The notes under the pieces were generated by a model. It was not told the DNA's origin and made no database searches. It was given only the letters and a program-made list of their open reading frames with translations. DNA of 64,000 bases, from positions 1 through 64,000 of IMG/VR virus record IMGVR_UViG_3300027759_004177, one strand, 5' to 3'. The translations under genes and the position numbers were made by a program. This document shows positions 46,602-57,143 of the stretch, in pieces (the first letter of the stretch is position 1; each line of letters begins with the position of its first letter).

Positions 46602-49600
46602 TTAAGTAAACACTCCATATTGTGGGAATTTAACATATTTATCCTCACTTCCGGGCTCGTAGTACTGATCTCTGAAAGTGAAGAATTTGGTAGTATCGTT
46701 GTTAAATGTTGTTCGGATTCTCAGTGCTGGGTTGCTTATAAACACTTTGTAAAATGGTACTGTTTGTCCTGGTGCCAAATCCAGGCTATAGGTCAATATG
46801 GCGCTTGATAAGGTTTTACCAAACAGTATTCGTACACGTTCGTACACAGTGATTTCTTGCACAAATGTCAAATTGACTATGCCATTGGTAATATCGATTC
46901 TCCATATTCCGCCACGACGATTAACAGTTGATGTGCCCTGGCTTTTTTCTAAAAATCCAGGTACAACTGTGTAGGTATCATATGATCCTGAGTCGTAACC
47001 TTCTACTACTGTGGTTTCAGTGTTGTCACCGATGTACGAAGCTGAATAATCTACCCATCCGTCGTAGGGCCCAGCATCTTCAAATTGTTCTTGTTTAGAA
47101 AATATTATAGTTTCGCCGTCGGCAAAATTGTCAATGCCGTCAATGCCGCCAATGGCTCGAACATATTCAACTGGTCGACCATTGATTTGGCTGTATGGCA
47201 CACTAACTGCATAAGTCACCGAAGCCACAATGGTACCAACGTTGACATTTTGATCGCTGTCAAAAGTGGTTTCTCTGTCTTTAATATATGCTCCTGTGCT
47301 GATATCGTAATTAGAACTATAATAATTATCAACCTGATAACGATCTACGGTAAACTCAATTTGATTGAAATCAAAATTTGATTTACGAATCTTGTAAGCA
47401 ATTTTTTCTCCCTCGCCGGGCTCGGCGTGGGCAATCACAACAGCTTTGGTATAGCCTAATGGAATAGTAAATCCTGTGGCAGTGGTAGCATCGGGTTGAT
47501 TACTGGTCATCCAGGGTGGCAAACTACTTTGATCCTGGTAACCAATGATTTGTTCCATTCTACGTGTCATATTATCCGAGCTGTTGGGATAGATAATGTT
47601 ATATGCGATTCCGTCTTGGCTGATGTAGGGGTTATCAATCACTGTGCTTAAATCTGTGGATTGAGCAGGACCAATGCCTTGATCATTTTCGCCCGGATCT
47701 ATTACCTCTACATAAACAACTTCATATTTAATTCCGTATGTGGCGTCTAGCACGTAAGCTACCTTTACATCACCAAACGTGTATGTTTTGGTAAAATGAT
47801 TTTCCGCCATGGCAGTTTGATATTCGGTCAACTCGCTAGGACTCAACCCCGGCAAAAACAACATTGTTAAATCTTTTTGTACACCAAAATTTGGATCATT
47901 GAGTCTATAGATTGAACTTTCATTGAATATATTAGAATCAGAAATCAATGCGTTATACATTTGTCTTTTGCTCACCGGGGGCATGGCTTTTAAATAAAGA
48001 TTTTCGTATGGTTCAGTGTCTATAAGATTTAATTTTAATGTAAATGTTCTAGTACTTGATGCACTTCCATCAACTGTTTCGGCTCGGACTCTAAATGTAA
48101 CGGTTCTGTCAATGACCAATAATTCATTATCAAATGTGGTAGTATAGTCATCGACGCTGAAAGATTCAAACGTGGCTCGTCCAGCAATTTCTCCAGTTGG
48201 CAACAACGTTAGTCCTTGTGGCAATCTGCAAGATACTCCTCGTTCATCAACTAAACTATATGTAATTTTGGCACCAATAGCACTTACAGCCTCAACACGT
48301 AATTCGCTGATAGTACCATTGTCAATGGTGCCCAGGTCCAGCGGACTTGTCCAAGTAATAATACTGTTGGGATCTCCAACCACCGGCAAAGTAAAATATG
48401 TAGGCCTACTACAGTATTCTACCTGATAAAAACTAGAATTTGTTACTGTTGCACTTAGCGACGATGAGTTACTGACCCAGAGACTGTTGTCCAATAAGGT
48501 CACATTTCCTGAGACCGGGGTCACATAAATTGTTGAGGATGTGACATTGGCCAACACAGACAAATTAGCTGCTGCAACGCTGTTGGCAAATCTTTGTGTG
48601 ACGAACTGAGTGGTGTTTACTGTAATGTTAGCATTGATTGATAATCTAATGTTACTGGTGGTTCCATATCCTACAGTTTTACATACTTCGATACCAAAAT
48701 CAAATTCTTCATAGGCCGATGTTTGAGGATTAATTTTTCCAAAAATCCACCCCGAGTCGCTGTCTAATAACACCCCGGGCAAGTTTGATACTGTGGTACT
48801 GACAAAGTCAAAACTACCTGGTAAACCGTTGTTGAGATCGTCTCGATTGAGTGGATCAAACGGACTACCATCATAGGTACCTGCGGTGTTGACAATTCGA
48901 TATGTTAAATTTTCAGTGCCTACATCAAAATCGTAGCCGTCAATTTTAGCAGCATAATATGCATCTTGTCTGCCCGCAGGCAGTATGGTGGAAGTATTGC
49001 GTATCACAGGAATATACACATTTCCCGAGTCAACTGTTAGATACACATCATCTATACTTAAACTACTATCAGCAGTATAGTTAGGCCGACTGACCACATT
49101 GATCACATAGGTTTGCAAGTCATAGTTTGCGCCATCGAATGCTTGTACAGTAAAAGTATATGCTACGTTTTGACTCAGTTGGTTAAATTGATATGGGCCG
49201 GTATCGTATTCTTGTTGCGACACAGAAATACCATTAACAGTTTCTTCACCATCGTACCCACTTGGACCGTATTGTCCAACTAACTCCACAGGCTCTAGAT
49301 ATCCAGTGATTGCTCCGGTGCTGTTTAAGGTCAGACCAGGTGGTAGTCGACCACTGGTCACAGCCCAGTTGATTTCAACTGCAGGATTCAATTGTATTAC
49401 TTCTAGCTGTTGATCGAAGAAGTCACCATCAAAATAACTACCAAGGAACGTGGTTTCTGGCTCAATGATCGGACCATAAATGTTGGTCACATTTAAACTA
49501 AAAGCACGATCGGTAATGCGATTTAAACTGTTGGTAGCACGAACAGTAAATCTATAACTTCGTGATTCATTGACTTTGATAGGATCAAGTATAGTCGGTA

Positions 49601-50312
49601 CACCTTGTAACAGTCCTGGACTGTAAAAATCTATAGTATCTCCTGTTGTGACAGCACTGGTAGTGGCAACGGTCAATGTAACGATATTGGTCGCGGTGTT
49701 GATGTCAGCCACACGAGTGTTGGCAGCAATTTTTGACCCAAACACATAGTCATTGACACTTATTGTTTGAGTGTTTGATACTTTTACAGTGGTGCTGGTA
49801 GAAAATTGTGTAGCTGTTATGGTCTTGGTCACACGGTGACTAATAAGTTGCATGCCCGGGGGCAACTCTCCTGACACTAAACTGTAGATAATACCTAAAC
49901 CAGCAGAACTTTGGGCTTGTATAGTCAGAGAATAAAAATTACCATTGGGTACTGTTCCAAGAATGCCCTCGGGTGTTGTCCATTGAAAATCTTGATTGAC
50001 AGTATTGGTAATGATTATGATAAATTTACCGTCTAATACTTGGCCGTCGCTGCTGATCACTCTAACTATGAACTCATAGTCTAAAGAAATAAAATAATTG
50101 TTTGATGAAGTAACATACTGCGGAGTTCCAGAAATAATTCCTGTGGTGCTTAAAGTTAGTCCAGGTGGCAAATCTCCGCTGATTTTAGAATAAGTTAATG
50201 TGGCTCCAGTGTTGCTGGTATCGGCTACCACTAACTTGGTAGTAGATGGACTGCCGATTGGAAAATTAGCAATGGATCCTGGTGGTGTTACCCAAGTTAA
50301 ACTATCTGCCAT
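46602..50312 (-). CDS. large structural protein with Ig-like repeats (baseplate wedge-like)
   Basis: Repeated W.TP.G.L and G.LPPGL.L..G.I.G units. Confidence 0.7.
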   Translation of the reverse strand: MADSLTWVTPPGSIANFPIGSPSTTKLVVADTSNTGATLTYSKISGDLPPGLTLSTTGIISGTPQYVTSSNNYFISLDYEFIVRVISSDGQVLDGKFIIIITNTVNQDFQWTTPEGILGTVPNGNFYSLTIQAQSSAGLGIIYSLVSGELPPGMQLISHRVTKTITATQFSTSTTVKVSNTQTISVNDYVFGSKIAANTRVADINTATNIVTLTVATTSAVTTGDTIDFYSPGLLQGVPTILDPIKVNESRSYRFTVRATNSLNRITDRAFSLNVTNIYGPIIEPETTFLGSYFDGDFFDQQLEVIQLNPAVEINWAVTSGRLPPGLTLNSTGAITGYLEPVELVGQYGPSGYDGEETVNGISVSQQEYDTGPYQFNQLSQNVAYTFTVQAFDGANYDLQTYVINVVSRPNYTADSSLSIDDVYLTVDSGNVYIPVIRNTSTILPAGRQDAYYAAKIDGYDFDVGTENLTYRIVNTAGTYDGSPFDPLNRDDLNNGLPGSFDFVSTTVSNLPGVLLDSDSGWIFGKINPQTSAYEEFDFGIEVCKTVGYGTTSNIRLSINANITVNTTQFVTQRFANSVAAANLSVLANVTSSTIYVTPVSGNVTLLDNSLWVSNSSSLSATVTNSSFYQVEYCSRPTYFTLPVVGDPNSIITWTSPLDLGTIDNGTISELRVEAVSAIGAKITYSLVDERGVSCRLPQGLTLLPTGEIAGRATFESFSVDDYTTTFDNELLVIDRTVTFRVRAETVDGSASSTRTFTLKLNLIDTEPYENLYLKAMPPVSKRQMYNALISDSNIFNESSIYRLNDPNFGVQKDLTMLFLPGLSPSELTEYQTAMAENHFTKTYTFGDVKVAYVLDATYGIKYEVVYVEVIDPGENDQGIGPAQSTDLSTVIDNPYISQDGIAYNIIYPNSSDNMTRRMEQIIGYQDQSSLPPWMTSNQPDATTATGFTIPLGYTKAVVIAHAEPGEGEKIAYKIRKSNFDFNQIEFTVDRYQVDNYYSSNYDISTGAYIKDRETTFDSDQNVNVGTIVASVTYAVSVPYSQINGRPVEYVRAIGGIDGIDNFADGETIIFSKQEQFEDAGPYDGWVDYSASYIGDNTETTVVEGYDSGSYDTYTVVPGFLEKSQGTSTVNRRGGIWRIDITNGIVNLTFVQEITVYERVRILFGKTLSSAILTYSLDLAPGQTVPFYKVFISNPALRIRTTFNNDTTKFFTFRDQYYEPGSEDKYVKFPQYGVFT

Positions 50313-50313
50313 A

Positions 50314-53300
50314 TTAGAGAATTACCGCTGTAATTATTTTTACACCCGGCTCTTGATTATCTTCTAAACTCTTAGCAAATACTGCCAAGGGGTGATCTTT
50401 ACTCTTTCCTACGCTGACAGCGTGTCCAGGATTAGCACCAGCAGTAACTAATAAATCTCCTTTGGAAACAGGACCAATGACTTTGAGAGGAATACGTCCA
50501 CGGAGGGCCACTGGCAAACCTTCTTCCATTGCATTCATTAAATAAGCAGGTTCTGTGGAAATAGCGCCAGCAACACTGACGTCAGCAAACGTATTGGTTG
50601 TTGTAATTTCGTGTGTGCCACCAAAGACAACAACAGTACCCGGTTCATACTGTGCATCACTTGTATATCGTTCTGCCAAGTCAGCATACTTGGCTTGTGT
50701 ACTTACACCAAAGAATGTGTTAAACCATGTTGTAGTACTACCAATGTTGCTGGTGAGATTGCCGCCTGGTATAATATTACCGCCAACATATATTGTGCCA
50801 CCAACACCCACACCGCCTACGACCTGCAAGGCGCCTGTGGTAGTACTGGTACTGGCAGTTGAGTTGGCAACCATGGCACTACCAACCATCAAATTACCAT
50901 TGCTTGCTTGTGACCAATCCACAGTGGTTGTTGGTATACTAGTTACACCGTCAAACAATCTCCAACCGCCTGTAGTGGCCTGACGAACAAGTCCGGTAAA
51001 CACGTTGGCTGCTCTTCTGTATCGGCCAACTGTGCCAATGTCAAAAGTATTGGCATTGTTGGCATTGGCCAAGAATATGATTGGATTTTCAACAGTCAAT
51101 GTTGATGTGCTTACACTGGTTCCGTTACCACCAAATGTCAAATTACCAATGATGCTGACGTTACCGGCAACGTTTAAGTTACCTTGTATACCCACTCCAC
51201 CTTGTACACGCAACGCACCTGTTGTGGTACTGACACTAGTTGTTGGTATATAAATTTCTACACCGGCAGGATCTCCTGGGCGATCCTGACCGATAATACG
51301 CATACGTTCGTTGCCAGAGGAGAATCCATTGGTACTGAACACAATGTCGTTTTTGGTGCCATTGCCACTGGTGCTGAGGTACATGCTACCATTACCAGTT
51401 GTTCCAACAGGAGCACTCATAAAGACATAACCATCATGTGGACCAGTTACACCATAGGTAGCATCAGCAAAAGACTCGCTGGTAATACCCATATCAATCC
51501 AGCCCGAATCATTGTCGCCGTTTGAGCTGTAGGCAATCAAATCTGTTGATGCACTAGAACCTGCACTATGATTACGCATGGCCAATTGTACAAATGAGTT
51601 TGTATTACCTACAAAAATACCTGAGGCATTGGTTAGTCCAGCATATCCGGGGAAGAAGTAGTTGTCTATTTCGAGTGTTTTGGCACCTTCGCCTTGATAA
51701 ATGGTTCCTGTGGTTGCAACCAAGTTACCAGTCAAGTACAGACCATCGCCAGTTTTAAAGCGACCTTGTTCTGTGCCTGACACAAATCCGTTGGCGGCAA
51801 ACACAATGTCGCCACGTGAGCCATCGGCTGTGGCAAGAACTAGATTACCACCTGTGCCGGCAGGAGCACTTACAAAAATGTATCCGTCGCCGGCTTTGGT
51901 AATACCAAATGCAGGATCATTGAACCCTGAACTGGTAATACCCATGTCAATGTAACCTTGATTATTGTTACCGTTGTTGGCATAGGCAATATAGTCGGTT
52001 GATGCACTGGTGCCTGAACTGCGATTGGTCAACGCACTTTGAACAAATGAATTGGCCGACTTGCTGGCCGTTAATAAACTGTTTGTCAATCCGCCTGACG
52101 TAACAAAAGCTACCGCTGTGGCGTCAGTGCTGACAGTCAGGTTACCGCCAGTGATGTGTATGTTTCCTGCAGAATTTAATTTTGCAACCACGGCTGTGGT
52201 TGTAATTGAAATATTAGGGAATGCGACATTACCAACTACAGATAAGTTACCAGTAACAGTTAAGTTAGTAAGGTTACCAACTGTGGTAATGTTGGGCTGT
52301 GCGGCAGTACCAATGGTACCTACAATGTTGGCACCAGTGTTACCAATGGTGCCGGCATTGACTGTGGCCGCTGTCAATAACAACGTGGTGGTTTGTGTCT
52401 GGAATATGCCAGTGGTTGCGAGTAATCCAGTGATCGAACCCGATTCGGCTTGTAAACTGTTAGCGTTTATAGTGCCTAACACAATCAGATTTCCTAGACT
52501 ACCAACTGTGGTTATGTATGGTTGTACAGGATTTACAATATTACCGTAGTAATTACCGACATAGCCGCCGGCAGTGATGTTACCAGCCACACCTACACCA
52601 CCAAGTACTACTATAGCACCGGTATTGGTTGATACGGAAGGAGTAGTGGTTGCAAATATAGTATTACCAGCAAACAAACTACTAGTTCCGTTGTAGATAG
52701 GATATCCTGCTTCTGCCACATCGGCAGTATTTAATACACGATAGCCACGTTGATAGATATTACCTGCGGCCCAGATATCGTTGCTGGTACCAATACCACC
52801 AGTGGCAATTAATGCACCGGTGATATTGCTAGTTGCTGGAGTAGCATTACTTAAATATAACGCACCAAATTGAACATTACCATAAACACCATCATAAATT
52901 ACACTATTACCTACAGTGGCAGCATTATTAGGAGTAATCTTGTAAACAAAATTATTACTGGTTGCCTGATAACCAAAGAACGCATACATGTTACTGCTGA
53001 AGTGGTTGCTGACGTTACCAATGATACCAACGTCTTTGACATCGCTAGGTGTGGTATTGGCGTGAACAATTAACAGACCTGAGTCACTGGATGTGGTAAT
53101 CTGTGTGGTTGATATAGTTGCCACAACGTAAAGATTTGCAAACGGTCTGTCCGGACTACCAAGATTGTATGTACCATATGCAGTTGGCACAATATTACCA
53201 GCCACATTGATATTTCCATATATGTTGGTACCATTGACTGCGGCATTGGTGTATGGACCGTTGATATTGGTTATTACTACGTTACCTACATTACCCTGGG

Positions 53301-53502
53301 AGATATTGGCAGTGGTAATTGCAAGTGTGCTAAATGCTGGTCCAGTGGCATAGTCTCCGCCACCATTGAAAAAACTGGTTATGTTGCTGAAATTTTCATC
53401 AACTTTGAAAAATGCGTTGCGAATACTATCGCCGGTACCGTCATTAGCGGTGGTACCTTCGTTGATATCTTTAATAGAAGTGGGTTGCCAGGTCAATGCC
53501 AT
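50314..53502 (-). CDS. tail fibre protein
   Basis: N-terminal ANDGTGDSIRNAFFKV (gp9/gp10-like), G/N/T repeats, C-terminal YADLAERY...PVALRGR chaperone-like domain. Confidence 0.75.
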   Translation of the reverse strand: MALTWQPTSIKDINEGTTANDGTGDSIRNAFFKVDENFSNITSFFNGGGDYATGPAFSTLAITTANISQGNVGNVVITNINGPYTNAAVNGTNIYGNINVAGNIVPTAYGTYNLGSPDRPFANLYVVATISTTQITTSSDSGLLIVHANTTPSDVKDVGIIGNVSNHFSSNMYAFFGYQATSNNFVYKITPNNAATVGNSVIYDGVYGNVQFGALYLSNATPATSNITGALIATGGIGTSNDIWAAGNIYQRGYRVLNTADVAEAGYPIYNGTSSLFAGNTIFATTTPSVSTNTGAIVVLGGVGVAGNITAGGYVGNYYGNIVNPVQPYITTVGSLGNLIVLGTINANSLQAESGSITGLLATTGIFQTQTTTLLLTAATVNAGTIGNTGANIVGTIGTAAQPNITTVGNLTNLTVTGNLSVVGNVAFPNISITTTAVVAKLNSAGNIHITGGNLTVSTDATAVAFVTSGGLTNSLLTASKSANSFVQSALTNRSSGTSASTDYIAYANNGNNNQGYIDMGITSSGFNDPAFGITKAGDGYIFVSAPAGTGGNLVLATADGSRGDIVFAANGFVSGTEQGRFKTGDGLYLTGNLVATTGTIYQGEGAKTLEIDNYFFPGYAGLTNASGIFVGNTNSFVQLAMRNHSAGSSASTDLIAYSSNGDNDSGWIDMGITSESFADATYGVTGPHDGYVFMSAPVGTTGNGSMYLSTSGNGTKNDIVFSTNGFSSGNERMRIIGQDRPGDPAGVEIYIPTTSVSTTTGALRVQGGVGIQGNLNVAGNVSIIGNLTFGGNGTSVSTSTLTVENPIIFLANANNANTFDIGTVGRYRRAANVFTGLVRQATTGGWRLFDGVTSIPTTTVDWSQASNGNLMVGSAMVANSTASTSTTTGALQVVGGVGVGGTIYVGGNIIPGGNLTSNIGSTTTWFNTFFGVSTQAKYADLAERYTSDAQYEPGTVVVFGGTHEITTTNTFADVSVAGAISTEPAYLMNAMEEGLPVALRGRIPLKVIGPVSKGDLLVTAGANPGHAVSVGKSKDHPLAVFAKSLEDNQEPGVKIITAVIL

Positions 53503-53569
53503 ATATTAAATCCTTATATAGCATTATTTATCGGATTTGGCTCGAGCTGGGCCGTTGGCTAGTTGTGTG

Positions 53570-53896
53570 TTATGTTGGGCTAAAACTGCTTCCGCAACCG
53601 CAAGTAGTAACTGCGTTGGGGTTTTTGATGGCAAACGTACTGCCGTATTGATCTTCTCGGTAGTCTATTTCTGCACCTTGCAAATATCCACCGCTCATGC
53701 TGTCTACTAGAACCTGTACACCGCTGATGTCTAACTCCCAATCATCTTCTGCTTGAGTATCATCTAGGGTGAAACCGTAGCTCATGCCGCTACAGCCACC
53801 GCCTTGTACAAAAACTCTGAGTTTTAAACTGGGGTTATTTTCCTCGGCCAAAATTTCTTGTAATTTTGCCACTGCTGATTCAGTTATTGTGATCAT
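53570..53896 (-). CDS. erpA: A-type Fe-S carrier (ErpA/IscA)
   Basis: [20 protein letters not shown]. Confidence 0.88.
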   Translation of the reverse strand: MITITESAVAKLQEILAEENNPSLKLRVFVQGGGCSGMSYGFTLDDTQAEDDWELDISGVQVLVDSMSGGYLQGAEIDYREDQYGSTFAIKNPNAVTTCGCGSSFSPT

Positions 53897-54435
53897 AATC
53901 TGCGATTGATGGCGTCCCAATCCATGATACGCCATAAGTTGTCTAGGTATTTTTCTTTGTTGGTTCCATAATCTATGGTCCATGCATGTTCCCACCAATC
54001 CACTAGCAGAGCTATGTCTGTGCGTTTTTGATGATTATGTATAGTTTTAATGGTTCCTGATTTGCTAAGATAAATCCAATTGGATCCTTGCAGTTTCATG
54101 GCTTCTTCTTTGAAACGTTTTTTAAAATCCACAAAATTTTTATGATTGCGTTCGATAATACTCAGTATCACGCCATGTGGTTTGCGAGTACCGGGGCGAG
54201 CAAATTGACTGAACCAGATACTGTGCAAGTAAGCACCGGCTTCGTTAAATGTACGATCTCCCTCTTTCTTATTGAAACGGTCAACATAGCCTTTGTACAA
54301 TTTACCGTAATGATTGTCTATGGTGGCCGCACTGGTCACAGGTGCCAGGGCAGTACGAGCATAGGGCAGTTTGATCTGCTCTAGGTCAACTTGGCTTTTT
54401 GCTTCTAGGAGGTCTAAGGTTTCGCGGAGGTCCAT
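53893..54435 (-). CDS. Fe/Mn superoxide dismutase
   Basis: LPY..L.P, H(YGK), H(SIW), DWWEHA metal ligands. Confidence 0.85.
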   Translation of the reverse strand: MDLRETLDLLEAKSQVDLEQIKLPYARTALAPVTSAATIDNHYGKLYKGYVDRFNKKEGDRTFNEAGAYLHSIWFSQFARPGTRKPHGVILSIIERNHKNFVDFKKRFKEEAMKLQGSNWIYLSKSGTIKTIHNHQKRTDIALLVDWWEHAWTIDYGTNKEKYLDNLWRIMDWDAINRRL

Positions 54436-54439
54436 GCTA

Positions 54440-54664
54440 CTATTTAGCACGATACACCACACGTCCTCGCGTTAAGTCGTATGGGCTCATTTCTACGTCT
54501 ACACGATCGCCTAATAGTACTCGGATATTGTTTTGTCTAAGCCTGCCGCCGATTGTGGCAGTGATTTTTGATTGTTGCTCGTTGTCTAATATGATTCTAA
54601 ACATGGCATTGGGCAATACTTCGTCCACTACTCCGGACATTTTAATGATATCTTCTTTACTCAC
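54440..54664 (-). CDS. infA: translation initiation factor IF-1
   Basis: KED.I...[31 protein letters not shown]. Confidence 0.93.
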   Translation of the reverse strand: MSKEDIIKMSGVVDEVLPNAMFRIILDNEQQSKITATIGGRLRQNNIRVLLGDRVDVEMSPYDLTRGRVVYRAK

Positions 54665-54698
54665 GTTGGGCCGATTCTCCTTTATATGCTAGTATTAT

Positions 54699-55088
54699 TT
54701 ACCTACGCATCTTGGAGATGTCCACAGCTTCTTCGTCACTGAAAATAGGTACTGCGTTGCTCTTGTGCATGGTGCCAATGCCTTTGACCTTGGTACCGGT
54801 GTACTCTTGATTGGCGGGAGTGGTGCAAGCCACCCAACCGGTGTCGCGGCTGGCGATATAGGGTGTTTCACGTCCCGGAGGTATTGTTACTTTGAGAGTG
54901 AGTGAATCTGTAGACAAAGTACGTCGCTTACGTTTGGTTTCTTGTTCTATGCCCAATTCCTTGAGCTTGGCTTTCCACATGGTGTCTAGCTGTTCGGCCT
55001 TGCGTTTGGCTTCGGCACTGGCCCATTTTTTGGGTCCACGTTTTTTACCGGTAGTAGTTAGCCACGGTCCTTCGAGGTGCATTGTCAT
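54699..55088 (-). CDS. basic hypothetical protein
   Basis: 129 aa ORF ending GIGTMHKSNAVPIF...MRR. Confidence 0.7.
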   Translation of the reverse strand: MTMHLEGPWLTTTGKKRGPKKWASAEAKRKAEQLDTMWKAKLKELGIEQETKRKRRTLSTDSLTLKVTIPPGRETPYIASRDTGWVACTTPANQEYTGTKVKGIGTMHKSNAVPIFSDEEAVDISKMRR

Positions 55089-55094
55089 AGTAGT

Positions 55095-55123
55095 ATTATA
55101 CTATTTTAGGATTTATCGGACAA
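55095..55123 (-). promoter_or_regulatory. sigma70-like promoter
   Basis: TTGTCC-17-TATAAT. Confidence 0.6.
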
Positions 55124-55465
55124 CCGTGCAGGAACAGGTTCCCAGTTGTGTTTTGCACTGATCAGGTGATTTGATTCTTCGAAATAGAATATATGTTCCG
55201 GGAATCGATTTTTAATAACATCAATGATTTCTTCTGTGGTTTGACCCTGTGCTAAAAACTTGCGATTATCTCGATCATACCAATAATAAACATCGCCTTG
55301 TTGTTCGACTTCAACACGATGCACAATTTCATCTATTCGTTTTCGTATCTTGTCTGTTAGTTCAGTGTCCACTTCTCGAAAAGCATCCATGATACCTAGA
55401 ATAATGTTGGCTATAAACCAAGTGGTGGCCAACCAAAGTAAACCTATTGTGATATCTTCGAACAT
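55106..55465 (-). CDS. membrane-anchored hypothetical protein
   Basis: N-terminal TM segment. Confidence 0.65.
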   Translation of the reverse strand: MFEDITIGLLWLATTWFIANIILGIMDAFREVDTELTDKIRKRIDEIVHRVEVEQQGDVYYWYDRDNRKFLAQGQTTEEIIDVIKNRFPEHIFYFEESNHLISAKHNWEPVPARLSDKS

Positions 55466-55468
55466 ATA

Positions 55469-56146
55469 TTAGTCCCAAAGTGCTTCAAAATATTTACCGA
55501 ATAACCGCAAACCGTTGGCTTTGCGGAACTGCCAGGCACGATGTCCGGCTTCATCATACTTGGTTTTGCTGACTGAGTTGTTGATGTCATCTATCCATGC
55601 CCGTCTTTGATCACGATCTGTAATGTCGTATGCGGAATGATCAAAGAACTGGCCTTCAGCATCATCTGCGACCTTTTGTTCAAAAGCCCAGATCATTTCT
55701 GCCAGGATCCAATCCCAACGCTGGAAGTGCAAGCTGTCAGTGTCCCACTCGTTTTCCTTGGGTTCCGCTACTGTGCTACGCAAGTGTTCGGGGACATCTT
55801 CGTCATCTACAAAAGGTGCACCATGTTTGGTGGCCTGCAACTGTTTCAGCATGGGCAAGATAATATCGCTTAAGGTATGATCCATGCTCCAGGTATCATA
55901 CGGATCAATGCGGATGATGTTGACCTGTGGGTGAACTAGATCCAGCACCCACTTGATGGCCCGACACGCAGGCTCGATATACTTTGTGGCCTGTTCTACC
56001 CAGGCCGGATGGTCAACATAATCTCGATCTTCGATAATGCCACGGTTTCGACCACACTTTGACCATGCAGTCCAGAAGAACACATACTCTAACACAGTAT
56101 ATGGACTGATCCAATGATCTCTGTAGTTGCTTTTGTAAATTTTCAT
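55469..56146 (-). CDS. hypothetical protein
   Basis: 225 aa ORF, coupled. Confidence 0.7.
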   Translation of the reverse strand: MKIYKSNYRDHWISPYTVLEYVFFWTAWSKCGRNRGIIEDRDYVDHPAWVEQATKYIEPACRAIKWVLDLVHPQVNIIRIDPYDTWSMDHTLSDIILPMLKQLQATKHGAPFVDDEDVPEHLRSTVAEPKENEWDTDSLHFQRWDWILAEMIWAFEQKVADDAEGQFFDHSAYDITDRDQRRAWIDDINNSVSKTKYDEAGHRAWQFRKANGLRLFGKYFEALWD

Positions 56147-56382
56147 TTATTGAATTTTTTCAAATCTTCGCTGAGATTTTTGACATGCTCTTCGTACTCC
56201 AAACGGTCCAACAAAAGTTTATACATGGAATAAAATAATGCTACCATACATAAACCAGCAAAGGTGTACAAGGTGTACTGATCGCCCACCAAACGATTGT
56301 AAAAAGCAAATGCCAAACCCACGCTCACTGCCATGGTTGTCATTGCAACAATTTGTAAAACTGCTTTGATTTTTAAGTTCAT
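56143..56382 (-). CDS. small 2-TM protein
   Basis: Two hydrophobic segments. Confidence 0.6.
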   Translation of the reverse strand: MNLKIKAVLQIVAMTTMAVSVGLAFAFYNRLVGDQYTLYTFAGLCMVALFYSMYKLLLDRLEYEEHVKNLSEDLKKFNK

Positions 56383-56431
56383 AATACTCTCACTTTCCGA
56401 AGTTATTGATTAAATTTATCACTACACTTAC

Positions 56432-56460
56432 ATTATACATTAAAAGGATTTATTGGTCAA
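56432..56460 (-). promoter_or_regulatory. sigma70-like promoter
   Basis: TTGACC-17-TATAAT. Confidence 0.7.
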
Positions 56461-56677
56461 GCTGATCTTGCGGTAGATTTTTAACGGTTTCTATGGCTTT
56501 ACGAGCATATTTTTTGATATGTTCTTCGCAACTCATGCGTTCTATATCCTCTAGTGCTGTCATCATAATTTCTGCTTCTTCAGCCATTTTATACACACGG
56601 TTGCGTAGATTACTGGAATCTATCCATGACCCAACAGCACTGACAAGACGAGCAATTAACCAACTCCAATTGATCAT
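56450..56677 (-). CDS. hypothetical protein
   Basis: 75 aa ORF, coupled. Confidence 0.55.
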   Translation of the reverse strand: MINWSWLIARLVSAVGSWIDSSNLRNRVYKMAEEAEIMMTALEDIERMSCEEHIKKYARKAIETVKNLPQDQLDQ

Positions 56678-56901
56678 AGCCAGCGAGCCGCAAACACAGT
56701 GGCATCCTCGGCCCGTTCAAATCTAAATGCAAATCCTTCTGTGCTTTGCCAACCGTGCAAGTGATAGCGACCACCGGGCTGTTGTTCAACCCAGCTCAGT
56801 ATGTTTAACGGTTTTCTAAATGTTCTTGGTACCAGCATTTCATCCCAAGGTATGACGACTTCAGTCCATTCTGGCGGCGGCCAACTTTTATCTTGTATCA
56901 T
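56674..56901 (-). CDS. small paralog-family protein
   Basis: C-terminal FRFERAEDATVFAARW. Confidence 0.65.
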   Translation of the reverse strand: MIQDKSWPPPEWTEVVIPWDEMLVPRTFRKPLNILSWVEQQPGGRYHLHGWQSTEGFAFRFERAEDATVFAARWL

Positions 56902-57143
56902 TTAAACTTTAAACTAAACAAGGTAGCATCTCGTGCTTCTGTAAAGTAAAAGGCAGCAACTTCGTCAAACATAGCACTGACATCTGAAGTTTCCACCAAC
57001 TCTGTCCAAAGCAAACTTAGGTTCTGTTCTTTGCACCAACGTTTCATTTTCCACATCACAAATGCAGGATCTCCAATTAACACTCGATGACATTGATCAA
57101 GTACCGCTTGCGGCGGAGTAAGGTCGGCCTTGTTTATATACAT
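56898..57143 (-). CDS. small paralog-family protein
   Basis: WC...FYFTEARDATLFSLKF. Confidence 0.65.
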   Translation of the reverse strand: MYINKADLTPPQAVLDQCHRVLIGDPAFVMWKMKRWCKEQNLSLLWTELVETSDVSAMFDEVAAFYFTEARDATLFSLKFK

